This document shows positions 49,222-58,324 of a stretch of DNA of 64,000 nucleotides, one piece after another. Every line of letters begins with the position of its first letter. Position 1 is the first letter of the stretch. A program made the position numbers and the translations under genes. The DNA lies in assembly GCA_965218775.1 (NCBI GenBank), contig CBDCLS010000006.1, positions 962,071 to 1,026,070 of the forward strand, given 5' to 3'. Below the pieces are notes generated by a model. It was not told the origin of the DNA. It saw nothing but the letters and a program-made list of their open reading frames with translations, and ran no database searches. Source of the DNA: Acidobacteriota bacterium. Lineage in GTDB: Bacteria > Acidobacteriota > UBA6911 > RPQK01 > JAJDTT01.

Positions 49222-51144
49222 TCGGTAGTAGGCTTCAATCGTCTGCGCTTGCCGCCATCCGTGGCCCTCGCCTGGGTACCGTTCGTAGAGCAGAGGCACT
49301 CCTCTACTTGAGAGGGAGGCAGCGATCTGATCTGACTGGCTGGGTGGCACCACCTGATCCTCTTCGCCCTGGAACAGGGCCAGGGGATCCTGGATTCGGT
49401 CGGCAGCAAAGACCGGAGACCTTTCCCGATAGCGGTCGCTATCTTCCGGCAGGATGCCCACCAGGGAATCAAGGTAGTGCGCCTCGAACTTATGGGTCTG
49501 TTGAGCGAGTGCCAGTAGGTCAGAAACACCGTAGAGGCAGATTCCCGTTTTGAAAAACCCCGGGTGACGAATCAGACAGAGCAGTACCGTATATCCTCCC
49601 GCACTCCCGCCCATGATAGACAGCCGGCTAGGATCTGCCAGATGTCTTTCGATCAGATAATCGGCAGCGAAGCGGGCGTCTTCCACATCGGCGATACCCC
49701 ACTGATGTTTCAGGGCTTCTGCGTACGATCTTCCGTAACCTGAGCTCCCCCGGTAGTTCAGTTCGAGCACGGCATATCCTCGGCTCGTCAGAAACTGGGT
49801 GTCGTAGCTGAACTCAGCAAGAAACTGAGAAGTGGGTCCGCCGTGAATCTTGATGATGGCAGGGGGTAGGCCAGAACCGTGAAAGTCGAGGTTCGCCGGG
49901 GCGTAGTAGAGCCCGTGGCAGGTGCCTCGGCCCGGCGAAAAGGCGAGGCCGGTTCCGGAATCAACACGCAATGTTGTCGGGGCTGTCGCCCAGGAGAGGG
50001 GTCTGGGAGCACTCAAATAGCCACTGTCGTAGTTGCTGGGTGCACTCTCCTTGACCACCACTACCTTCCCGTCCTCAGGGGACACACGAATCACCCTCTC
50101 AGGCTGGGTCGAGGAAGACGCGATCAGGGCGATCTGCTCGCCGTCTGGTGAGATGGCAATCTGCCGTAAGGCCGTGTACTGCTCCAGTTCTCCCCTGATG
50201 GGTGTGAGTTTTCGATCCCTGAGATCGAGACGCTCCAGGAAAGCAAAACCGTCCCGGTGGCAGATGAGATAGAGCGCCTTCGAGTCGGGTGTCCAGGCCT
50301 GGGTTCGAAGACCCTGAACCCAGGCGGGGATCCCGTACTCAGCTTCCCTCTGGACGGCAGGCTCGCTACTTTGTGAGGCCAGGTCGAAGAAGTACAGGTT
50401 GGACCAACCCTTCTGGTCGGAGATATAGCTGAGATAGCGGCCGTCCGGAGAGAAAGCGGGCTGAAAGATAGCCGTTTCTCCGGAGGGATTTCCTGCAATT
50501 TCAGCAGCGTTCTCGACGGTTGGAACTTCACCCTGAAAGGACAAATTCGCCAGGTATAGAGCGGTGCCATCCCAAGGCATGTTGGGGTGGTTCCAACAGA
50601 TCCAAGCGATTTGGGTCCCGTTGGGATGCCATGTGGGCTGCATGTAGAAGTCACAGCCGCTAGCCACTTTCTGCGGCCAGTTCTTGCCCTCGGCATCCAC
50701 CAGTGCGACGAGATCTTCTCCATCGGCGGAATGGACATAGATCACCTGGCTGCCATCTGGCGAGACAGCGGGACTAGAAGGCTGTCCCCAGGCCGGGGTG
50801 AAGGCGATGGGGTCACTCCCCTCGAGACGGCAACGATAGAGTCGACCTCCGGCCGCGAAGAAAGCGAAGCCGCCGGAAAGGGTAAAGTCGCCTCCCCCGT
50901 AGCCGACCCTCGCCCGGACTTCGGGCTCGACCACCAGATCCTGTGGACCCTTCTGGGAGGGTGGCTGCCAGGCAAGCGCTCCCTTCCCTGACCGGCCTTC
51001 CCACCATGCCAGTGAGTTGTCTCTGGTGTCCCAGAAGACGTTGCTCAAACGGAGGGCGTCGGCTCCGTGCTCAGGGGTAAGTGGACTTGTCCAGTGCCCA
51101 AAGGGTGCTTCCTGAGATCTTTGTGTCATTGATTCCCAAGCCAA
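49174..51144 (-). CDS. S9-family serine peptidase (prolyl oligopeptidase / acylaminoacyl-peptidase-like) with N-terminal beta-propeller
   Basis: The C-terminal alpha/beta hydrolase has GGSAGGY around the nucleophile Ser. TolB/PD40-like repeats at the N-terminus. Confidence 0.8.
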   Translation of the reverse strand: MAWESMTQRSQEAPFGHWTSPLTPEHGADALRLSNVFWDTRDNSLAWWEGRSGKGALAWQPPSQKGPQDLVVEPEVRARVGYGGGDFTLSGGFAFFAAGGRLYRCRLEGSDPIAFTPAWGQPSSPAVSPDGSQVIYVHSADGEDLVALVDAEGKNWPQKVASGCDFYMQPTWHPNGTQIAWICWNHPNMPWDGTALYLANLSFQGEVPTVENAAEIAGNPSGETAIFQPAFSPDGRYLSYISDQKGWSNLYFFDLASQSSEPAVQREAEYGIPAWVQGLRTQAWTPDSKALYLICHRDGFAFLERLDLRDRKLTPIRGELEQYTALRQIAISPDGEQIALIASSSTQPERVIRVSPEDGKVVVVKESAPSNYDSGYLSAPRPLSWATAPTTLRVDSGTGLAFSPGRGTCHGLYYAPANLDFHGSGLPPAIIKIHGGPTSQFLAEFSYDTQFLTSRGYAVLELNYRGSSGYGRSYAEALKHQWGIADVEDARFAADYLIERHLADPSRLSIMGGSAGGYTVLLCLIRHPGFFKTGICLYGVSDLLALAQQTHKFEAHYLDSLVGILPEDSDRYRERSPVFAADRIQDPLALFQGEEDQVVPPSQSDQIAASLSSRGVPLLYERYPGEGHGWRQAQTIEAYYRSLESFLSTYVVEAQC

Positions 51145-51303
51145 CCTGTTCGGAGTTTGAGAGCGGTCGGGAGAGTCGGAGTCCTGAACCGGTCCGCAGC
51201 CTGTGAAAGGGATTGTCCGGCGGCCATCTCTTTAGGCCGTGAGACCTGCCGGGCATCCAGACCGGTCTTGAAAAGGCCGAGTATATCGTGTTTGATAAGC
51301 TCG

Positions 51304-52461
51304 ATGAAAATTCATGAGTTCCAGAGCAAAGAGATCCTGAAGCGCTTTGGAGTCCCGGTTCCTACCGGACAGATCACACAGAGCGTCGAAGAGGCCTACG
51401 AAATTGCCAAGCGTCTCGGAGGCGTGGTTGCGGTCAAGGCTCAGATCCATGCGGGTGGACGTGGCAAGGGCGGAGGCATCAAGATCGCCCGTTCACCCCA
51501 GGAGGCGGAAGATCATGCGCGTCGCATACTTGGCAGCCGCCTGGTTACGCCGCAGACCGGACCGGCGGGCAGCCTTGTCCGTCAAATCCTGGTTGAAGAA
51601 GGGCTGAACCTGGCCAGCGAGTTCTATCTCGGAATCATCCTCGATCGGGCTGAGAACAAGCCCGTAGTGATGGTCAGTACCGAAGGGGGAGTGGAGATCG
51701 AAGAGGTGGCGAGCAAGACCCCCGAGCTGATATTGAAGGAACATGTCGACCCGGCAGTCGGTCTTCAACCCTTCCAGGGCCGAAATCTCTCCTACGGATT
51801 GGGTCTGGACTCAGCGCTGGCCCGCAAAATGGGCAAGGTCATGACGGCCCTGTATGAGGCCTTTCTCCAGACGGATGCGTCTCTGGTTGAGATTAACCCT
51901 CTGGTTTTCACCGAAGAGGGAGACCTTTACGCCCTCGATGCCAAAATGAACTTCGACGACAATGCCCTCTACCGCCACCCCGAGATTCAGGCGTATCGAG
52001 ATTTTCAGGAGGAGGAGCCTCTTGAGATCCAGGCTTCGCGCTCGAATCTAAACTACATCAAGCTGGACGGAAACGTGGGGTGCATGGTCAACGGAGCAGG
52101 TCTGGCCATGGCCACCATGGACATCATCAAACTGTCGGGGGGCAGCCCCGCCAACTTTCTCGACGTGGGTGGGGGGGCCAGCGTGGACCAGGTCCGAAAC
52201 GCGTTCAAGATCCTGGTCTCGGACGAGAACGTCAAAGCGGTGCTCATCAATATTTTCGGGGGTATCATGCGCTGCGACATCGTGGCGGAGGGCGTCGTTC
52301 AGGCCGCCAGGGACCTGGGAGTCTCGATCCCAGTCGTGGTACGGCTGGAAGGAACCAATGTAGAACAGGGAAGAGAAATTCTCCAGAGCTCGGATCTTGA
52401 GTTTGAGGTTGCGCTGGGAATGGCAGATGCGGCCGAAAAAGTATGTAGGTCGGCGCATTAA
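51304..52461 (+). CDS. sucC: Succinyl-CoA synthetase beta subunit
   Basis: MKIHEFQSKEILKRFGVPVP ATP-grasp N-terminus. The start is the Met at 51304 within a longer ORF. Confidence 0.92.
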   Translation: MKIHEFQSKEILKRFGVPVPTGQITQSVEEAYEIAKRLGGVVAVKAQIHAGGRGKGGGIKIARSPQEAEDHARRILGSRLVTPQTGPAGSLVRQILVEEGLNLASEFYLGIILDRAENKPVVMVSTEGGVEIEEVASKTPELILKEHVDPAVGLQPFQGRNLSYGLGLDSALARKMGKVMTALYEAFLQTDASLVEINPLVFTEEGDLYALDAKMNFDDNALYRHPEIQAYRDFQEEEPLEIQASRSNLNYIKLDGNVGCMVNGAGLAMATMDIIKLSGGSPANFLDVGGGASVDQVRNAFKILVSDENVKAVLINIFGGIMRCDIVAEGVVQAARDLGVSIPVVVRLEGTNVEQGREILQSSDLEFEVALGMADAAEKVCRSAH

Positions 52462-52620
52462 CGTGAAACTCCATTGGCAGAAGTAGCTTTGGCCTCCAGG
52501 CCGAAGTCTTATTCTTCTGAGCCTTTGGCTCGGACGGCGGCCTGGAGGCCACCCCTACGCCGGACCCGAAGTTTCGTTCTCGAATGGGGCAGCACCGCTG
52601 GGGGGACACTAAGCTGAAAC
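52462..52620 (-). repeat. Copy 2 of the roughly 150-nt structured dispersed repeat (family C), inserted in the sucC-sucD spacer
   Basis: Its reverse complement aligns along its length with 11406-11548. Confidence 0.75.
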
Positions 52621-52663
52621 TTCATTTGGGCAAGGGGATGGACCCACTAGCGAGAGGAACAAG

Positions 52664-53533
52664 ATGGCGATCTGGGTAGACGCTGAGACCAGGGTCCTGG
52701 TTCAAGGCATTACGGGTAGAGAAGGAAGTTTCCATACGGCTCAGTGCCGCGAGTATGGCACGAAGATCGTCGCCGGTGTCACTCCAGGAAAGGGTGGAAG
52801 TACCCACGAGGGTATTCCCGTCTATGACCGGGTTGCTGAAGCCGCCGCCCAGGAAGGTGCGAATGCCTCTATGATCTTCGTGCCGCCACCCTTCGCCGCG
52901 GATGCCGTCATGGAGGCGGTCGACGCTGGGATAGGTCTGGTGGTCTGCATCACGGAGGGCATCCCGATCCTTGATATGCTGAGGGTCACCCAGTTTATGA
53001 GCGGGCACAAGAGCCGGCTCATCGGGCCGAATTGCCCCGGAATCATTTCCCCGGGGAGTTGTAAGATCGGGATTATGCCTGGCCCCATTCATCTCCCCGG
53101 ATCCGTTGGCTGTATTTCGCGTAGCGGAACCTTGACCTATGAGGCTGTAGGCCAGCTTACCTCTCGCGGGATTGGCCAGAGTACCTGTATCGGCATCGGA
53201 GGAGATCCGATCGTAGGCACCGGTTTTGTCGATGCCTTGGCTGCCTTCAACCAGGATACCGACACCGAGGCAGTGGTGATCATTGGCGAGATCGGAGGCT
53301 CGGCCGAGGAGGAGGCCGCCGAATATATAGGACAGCATTTTCAGAAGCCGGTAGTCGGGTTCATAGCCGGCCAGACGGCGCCGCCGGGCCGCCGCATGGG
53401 ACACGCCGGCGCGATCATTTCGCAGGGAACCGGGACGGCGGCTGAGAAAATGGAAAAGATGAAAGAGTGCGGCATTCACGTGCTCAGCAGTCCTGCCGAG
53501 ATCGGTGCTGCCGTGGAAGCCGCCTTGAAGTGA
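52664..53533 (+). CDS. sucD: Succinyl-CoA synthetase alpha subunit
   Basis: CoA-binding N-terminus ([14 protein letters not shown]) and the phosphohistidine region (GHAGAII). Confidence 0.92.
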   Translation: MAIWVDAETRVLVQGITGREGSFHTAQCREYGTKIVAGVTPGKGGSTHEGIPVYDRVAEAAAQEGANASMIFVPPPFAADAVMEAVDAGIGLVVCITEGIPILDMLRVTQFMSGHKSRLIGPNCPGIISPGSCKIGIMPGPIHLPGSVGCISRSGTLTYEAVGQLTSRGIGQSTCIGIGGDPIVGTGFVDALAAFNQDTDTEAVVIIGEIGGSAEEEAAEYIGQHFQKPVVGFIAGQTAPPGRRMGHAGAIISQGTGTAAEKMEKMKECGIHVLSSPAEIGAAVEAALK

Positions 53534-53579
53534 AAAACCAGGCGTGCGTGAGAGCGCGCCTAGCAGATAGGAGATCCAG

Positions 53580-53996
53580 ATGGAGCAAGTGACCCTGGGA
53601 ATTGTCAAACCCGACGCCGTAGGCAAGAAGCACCTCGGAAGCATCATTCGGAAGCTTGAAGGAGGGGGGCTTTCGGTCGTGGCCTTAAGAATGATCCATA
53701 TGAGTCGGCCGCAAGCAGAGGGTTTCTACTATGTCCATGGCGATAAGCCCTTCTTCGGGAGTTTGACCGACTTCATGTCTGAGGGACCCAGCGTAGTCAT
53801 GGCGCTGCGTGGGGAGAATGCTATAGTGCGGTGGCGGGAAATCATGGGCGCCACCAATCCCGCCCAGGCAGAGGAGGGAACCCTGCGAGAACTGTTCGGA
53901 GAGAGCATCGAGAGAAACGCGGTTCACGGAAGTGACAGCCCCGAGTCCGCGAGCTTCGAAATTGGATACTTTTTCGCCGCACTGGAGCTGAGTTGA
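53580..53996 (+). CDS. ndk: Nucleoside diphosphate kinase
   Basis: 138-aa ORF with NDK signatures (LGIVKPDAV; NAVHGSDS active-site His). Confidence 0.92.
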   Translation: MEQVTLGIVKPDAVGKKHLGSIIRKLEGGGLSVVALRMIHMSRPQAEGFYYVHGDKPFFGSLTDFMSEGPSVVMALRGENAIVRWREIMGATNPAQAEEGTLRELFGESIERNAVHGSDSPESASFEIGYFFAALELS

Positions 53997-54099
53997 ACCA
54001 AGCAGGGGTCATCTCCGAGTGGAGCGAGAGGTGCTAGAGTCGGTCTGCGCCAAAGCCACGTGTGACCGGCGTCCTGAGTGCAGAGGACGGAGGTGAATC

Positions 54100-54310
54100 C
54101 TGAAAGGATTCCGTATTTCAGCCCAGGGTTTCCGAACCCTGAGTGAACGCCACCGTCCCCGGATTTCAACCCTGAATGGGTTGCGTACAGAAAGGCAAGA
54201 ACTGGGTCAGAACGCAACCCTTACAAGGGTTGATTATTAAGGGGTTGACTCTCTTACCCAGGGTTCGGAAACCCTGGGCTGGAAGACGCAATCCCGTTGG
54301 GATTGACCTC
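54100..54310. repeat. Cluster of five short palindromes built on GGGTT/AACCC
   Basis: The five palindromes are cagggtttccgaaccctg, caaccctgaatgggttg, caacccttacaagggttg, cccagggttcggaaaccctggg and caatcccgttgggattg. They sit in the ndk-downstream spacer. Confidence 0.8.
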
Positions 54311-54420
54311 GATTGGTTTTGATAGAACCCACTTCCCATCCCGCGATCCCAAAGTCGATCTGGTTTCGTCGGTAGTCAGTGCTTCCCTGGGGTCGAGAAC
54401 AGGTTACCTTCAAGCGCTTC

Positions 54421-55389
54421 ATGGAGTACTGCCTTTACGATCCCCTCCGCGGCTACTACACCACCAGGTCGAAGATCTTTGGTCCGGAGGGTGACTTCTA
54501 CACATCGCCATACACCCATCCGCTGTTCGCCGAAGTACTGGGAGACGCTCTTGCCACCTATCTGGCCGCTGTGGGCAGAGAAGGTGAACTTCACCTGGTA
54601 GAGTTGGGTTCCGGGGAGGGAATCCTGGGTGGAGGGGTGCTGAGACGTCTCGAGAATCACCATCCGGAGATTTCTGCACGGCTCAAGTATCTCCCAGTTG
54701 AAATAGGACGCTCCCAGCTCCCACAGGAGTTCCGAGGAGTGGTGTTTTCCAACGAGTTCTTCGACGCACTGCCGGTGCACCGCGTTCGGGTCACTGGTGG
54801 GGAACTCCGGGAAGTCTATGTTTGCTGTCAATCCCGGGTTGAGGAGGTGGAGGGAGAGCTGTCCGACCCGCGGATCCTCGAATACATGCGATCAGGTTTC
54901 GCCGAGTGGAACGAGGGCTACGACTACGAGGTTAATCTGCGCATGGTGGAAACTCTGGAGGACCTGAATCGGCGTATCGAAAGCGGGTTTCTGCTGACGA
55001 TTGACTACGGATACACTTGGGAAGACTACGCTGCTGTGGAGAGGAGGGGGGGCACTCTGATGTGTTATCACCGCCACCGGGCCCACCCAGACCCCTATGT
55101 CAATATTGGACAACAGGACATTACCGCCCACGTCAACTTCGAGGTCCTGGGGAAGACGGGCGATCGGTTGGGCTGGCGCGGCTCCGACTTGAAGAGCCAG
55201 AGGCAGTTCCTCCGAGAGTGGGGACTGGAGGAGAGACTAGTGGAGAAGGAAAAAGCTGACGCCCTGAAGGCCGCGCAGCTTGAAGAGCTCTTGGGCCTGA
55301 AGAGGCTGCTTCTCCCTGGTGGTGTCTCAGACGTCATGAAGGTCCTGGTGCAGTCGGTGCGTACTGACTCAGGCCGCCCGGGATTCTGA
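54421..55389 (+). CDS. Class I SAM-dependent methyltransferase, MidA/NDUFAF7 family (DUF185)
   Basis: The N-terminal region MEYCLYDPLRGYYT...FGPEGDFYTSPYTHPLFAEV is characteristic of the MidA family. Confidence 0.7.
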   Translation: MEYCLYDPLRGYYTTRSKIFGPEGDFYTSPYTHPLFAEVLGDALATYLAAVGREGELHLVELGSGEGILGGGVLRRLENHHPEISARLKYLPVEIGRSQLPQEFRGVVFSNEFFDALPVHRVRVTGGELREVYVCCQSRVEEVEGELSDPRILEYMRSGFAEWNEGYDYEVNLRMVETLEDLNRRIESGFLLTIDYGYTWEDYAAVERRGGTLMCYHRHRAHPDPYVNIGQQDITAHVNFEVLGKTGDRLGWRGSDLKSQRQFLREWGLEERLVEKEKADALKAAQLEELLGLKRLLLPGGVSDVMKVLVQSVRTDSGRPGF

Positions 55390-55482
55390 TAAACTGTGCG
55401 TCTATCCGGCGGATGAAGGGTTGCGGCGGCATCCGGGCCGGTACCTTCAAAAGGGTAGTCCTTCTTGGAGGCAGCCGCGAAG

Positions 55483-55559
55483 TGGTGGGCGATACTGGAT
55501 TCGAACCAGTGACCTCCGCCGTGTGAAGACGGCGCTCTAACCAACTGAGCTAATCGCCC
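55483..55559 (-). tRNA. tRNA-Val (anticodon CAC), CCA encoded
   Basis: Reverse complement: GGGCGAT acceptor, D-arm GCTCAGTTGGTTAGAGC, anticodon loop TTCACAC, T-arm GGTTCGAATCC, and ACCA. Confidence 0.85.
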
Positions 55560-55596
55560 AAAAAAGACGACCAATTGTAGAGAAGCCAAAGAGCTC

Positions 55597-56577
55597 GTGT
55601 CAATGAAGGAACATCTGGATCTTGTTGTTGTGGGTGCTGGCCCTTCGGGCCTGGCCTGTGCGATCGAAGCGAAGAAAAGGAAGCTCAAATTCTGGGTCCT
55701 GGAAAAGGGATGCGTGGTTCACTCGATCTATCGCTATCCTACCAACATGACCTTTTTTACGACGGCGGATCTGCTGGAGGTCGGGGACATTCCCATGATC
55801 GTATCCGCGGCAAAGCCGAGCCGTCTGGACGGGCTCAAGTACTACCGGCGGGTGGTGGAGTACTATGATCTCCCCATCAGGGACTACGAACAGGTGCTTT
55901 CGGTGACAGGAAGGAACGGCGAGTTTCGAGTGCTCAGCAGGGACCGGCTGGATCAGGAGTGCGAGTATTCCTGCAGTAAGATAATTGTAGCCACAGGGTA
56001 TTACGACAATCCGAATCTCCTGGATGTTCCAGGGGAGGACCTGGACAAGGTGAGCCACTACTATTCCGAGGCCCATCCCTATTTCGGCAAGAAGGTTGCC
56101 GTCGTGGGCGGAAACAACTCTGCAGCTGAGTCGGCCCTCGAGCTCTATCGTAGCGGAGCCGAGGTGACCGTGATCCATCGCGGCGAGGCGATGGGAAAGG
56201 CGATCAAGTATTGGGTGCTTCCCGATATCAACAATCGGATCCAGAGGGGAGAGATTCAGGCTCTCTTTTCGAGCCACATCACAGAAATCCGAACTCGGGA
56301 CATTGAAGTGGAAACCCCGGAAGGCATGAAGACGATTGAGAATGACTTTGTCCTGGCGATGACGGGATATCATCCGGATTCAGACTTCCTTCAAAAGATG
56401 GGGATTCAGACCGACCAGGACAACTTTGTTCCCCAGCATAATTCCGAGACCCTGGAGACGAACGTAGAGGGTATCTACCTGGCCGGATCGATTATTTCGG
56501 GAAAAATGACCAATCGAATCTTCATCGAGAATGGCCGTTTCCACGGATCACAGATCTTCCAGCATTGGAACCTCTAG
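55597..56577 (+). CDS. FAD-dependent pyridine-nucleotide-disulfide oxidoreductase, YpdA/thioredoxin-reductase-like
   Basis: Two Rossmann motifs (VVVGAGPSGL; VAVVGGNNSAAE). The stop TAG is provided by the terminus of the palindromic element at 56574. Confidence 0.6.
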   Translation: MSMKEHLDLVVVGAGPSGLACAIEAKKRKLKFWVLEKGCVVHSIYRYPTNMTFFTTADLLEVGDIPMIVSAAKPSRLDGLKYYRRVVEYYDLPIRDYEQVLSVTGRNGEFRVLSRDRLDQECEYSCSKIIVATGYYDNPNLLDVPGEDLDKVSHYYSEAHPYFGKKVAVVGGNNSAAESALELYRSGAEVTVIHRGEAMGKAIKYWVLPDINNRIQRGEIQALFSSHITEIRTRDIEVETPEGMKTIENDFVLAMTGYHPDSDFLQKMGIQTDQDNFVPQHNSETLETNVEGIYLAGSIISGKMTNRIFIENGRFHGSQIFQHWNL

Positions 56578-56632
56578 GAGCCTGTCCGAGTAATGGTGCG
56601 CAACCCACACCGTTACTCGGACAGGCTCCTAG
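56574..56632. repeat. 59-nt palindromic hairpin sharing termini with MITE copy B (ctaggagcctgtccgagtaatggtgcgcaacc / ...ggacaggctcctag); solo termini without core
   Basis: Read directly from the sequence. It lies between the YpdA-like stop and the der start. Confidence 0.8.
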
Positions 56633-56641
56633 CCAGGCGCT

Positions 56642-57964
56642 ATGTTTCGAGTCGCAATCGTAGGAAGACCGAATGTAGGCAAGTCAACCCTATTCAATCG
56701 GTTGACTGGAACCCGCAAGGCGTTAGTAGGCAGCAGACCCGGCCTGACCCGAGACCGTCTCTCAGAGATAGCCACCTGGGACGGGAAGCAGTTCGAGGTG
56801 ATTGATACCGGGGGGATCATTCCGGATGAGAAGCAGGAGATCCCGGAAAAAGTTCTGCAGCAGGCGGAAATCGCGATTGAAGAAGCGAACCTGATCCTTT
56901 TCGTCGTCGATGCCCGCCAGGGCATGACCCCCTTGGACCAGGAGCTGAGCACGCTTCTACGAACTCGGGGAAGAGATCCCCTATTAGTGATCAACAAGGT
57001 CGATGTCCCCCGTCTCGAAGCGGATGCTCTTCAGTTTCATGTTCTGGGGCTGGAGCATCTCTATCTGATTTCCGCCGATCACAATCTAGGATTGGGGCCT
57101 CTCCTGGATGACATCCTCCCGCAGGTGCCTGCATCCCAGGAGGACTCTGAAGCGGGGGCGATTCGGGTTGCCATCATCGGTCGCCCGAATGTTGGAAAGT
57201 CGTCACTTCTGAATCGCATTACCGGTCAGGAGCGGGTCATAGTGACCGCCACGCCGGGCACCACTCGGGATGCGGTCGACACCGATGTGACAATCGAGGG
57301 TGCTCCCTATCGCTTGATCGACACGGCCGGGATCAGGCGCAAAGGCAAGACGATCGAGATGGAGGAGAAGCTGAGCGTGGTCATGGCCCGCAAGGCCCTG
57401 GAGCGTTCGGATGTCGTGCTGCTGGTAGTGGAGGCATCCGAAGGGCCCCAAAAACTGGATGCCACCATCGGAGGCTACGCCGAGGAGGCCGGAGCTTCGA
57501 TCATCCTGGTGGCGAACAAGTGTGATCTTGTCCCCACGGATACGGCCACCAGATCCGCAATGGAGCGTGCCTTCAGGGCGCGCTTTCGCTACCTGAGCTA
57601 TGCTCCAATGGTCTTCGTGTCGGCCAAGACCAATGAGAGGGTCCCGCAGATATTTCGGCTGGTCGAGAAGGCGTACCAGGGCAGAATGGTCCGAGTCCCT
57701 ACGTCCGAGTTGAATCAGTACCTGGGGCGGGAGGTTCAATCTCAGCTATTGCCGGAAGGAAGCTCCAGGCGGCATCCTCTGAAATACGCCTGCCAGGTGG
57801 CGATGGGTCCTCCCACCTTCGTCCTCTTTACGCGCACCCGCAAGCTTCATTTCTCAGCCCTCCGGTTCTTGAAGAATCGTCTGCGCCGGGCCTATGGTTT
57901 CTACGCCACGCCAATTCGAATTCTCTTGCGTGAGCCAGGGAAGCGCCGAGGATCATCGTCGTAG
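56642..57964 (+). CDS. der: Ribosome-biogenesis GTPase Der (EngA), tandem GTPase domains + KH-like domain
   Basis: Two G domains (GRPNVGKST... twice, DTGG/DTAG, NKVD/NKCD). Confidence 0.92.
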   Translation: MFRVAIVGRPNVGKSTLFNRLTGTRKALVGSRPGLTRDRLSEIATWDGKQFEVIDTGGIIPDEKQEIPEKVLQQAEIAIEEANLILFVVDARQGMTPLDQELSTLLRTRGRDPLLVINKVDVPRLEADALQFHVLGLEHLYLISADHNLGLGPLLDDILPQVPASQEDSEAGAIRVAIIGRPNVGKSSLLNRITGQERVIVTATPGTTRDAVDTDVTIEGAPYRLIDTAGIRRKGKTIEMEEKLSVVMARKALERSDVVLLVVEASEGPQKLDATIGGYAEEAGASIILVANKCDLVPTDTATRSAMERAFRARFRYLSYAPMVFVSAKTNERVPQIFRLVEKAYQGRMVRVPTSELNQYLGREVQSQLLPEGSSRRHPLKYACQVAMGPPTFVLFTRTRKLHFSALRFLKNRLRRAYGFYATPIRILLREPGKRRGSSS

Positions 57965-58001
57965 CCGCCGCAAACGATCGACTTTCATCCCGAACCATTA
58001 G

Positions 58002-58176
58002 CCCGGATTTCTCATCGCCAGTCGTAGCGAGGCGGCGCAAGCGCCGTCCTGGCAAGGCTTGCGACCGAGGTCTCCGCAGTCGTACTCGTGCACTACGTCG
58101 AGGAGGCCGACCGAGCATAACACAGCCAGGGCGGATGATTGCGGCGCCGTAGTAGACTGGCGATGAGAAATGCGGG
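58002..58176. repeat. Imperfect palindromic element bounded by 22-bp inverted repeats (cccggatttctcatcgccagtc / gactggcgatgagaaatgcggg)
   Basis: Read directly from the sequence. It lies downstream of der, directly abutting a family B repeat copy. Confidence 0.7.
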
Positions 58177-58185
58177 TTAGGGATC

Positions 58186-58262
58186 CAACAGAGCCGCGAA
58201 CGACTTGATCTGTTAGCACTATGAGCCCAAGTTCCGAGGAGAGAGCCGGGCAACAGCAGGAT
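58186..58262 (-). repeat. Dispersed roughly 76-nt intergenic repeat, family B, copy 4
   Basis: Its reverse complement aligns with 34645-34720. Confidence 0.75.
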
Positions 58263-58324
58263 CTCGGCTGACCCCGGAAAAGTTTCTTTCGCGAATCATC
58301 TGGCTCGCAGCCGGGGGGGCGGAC

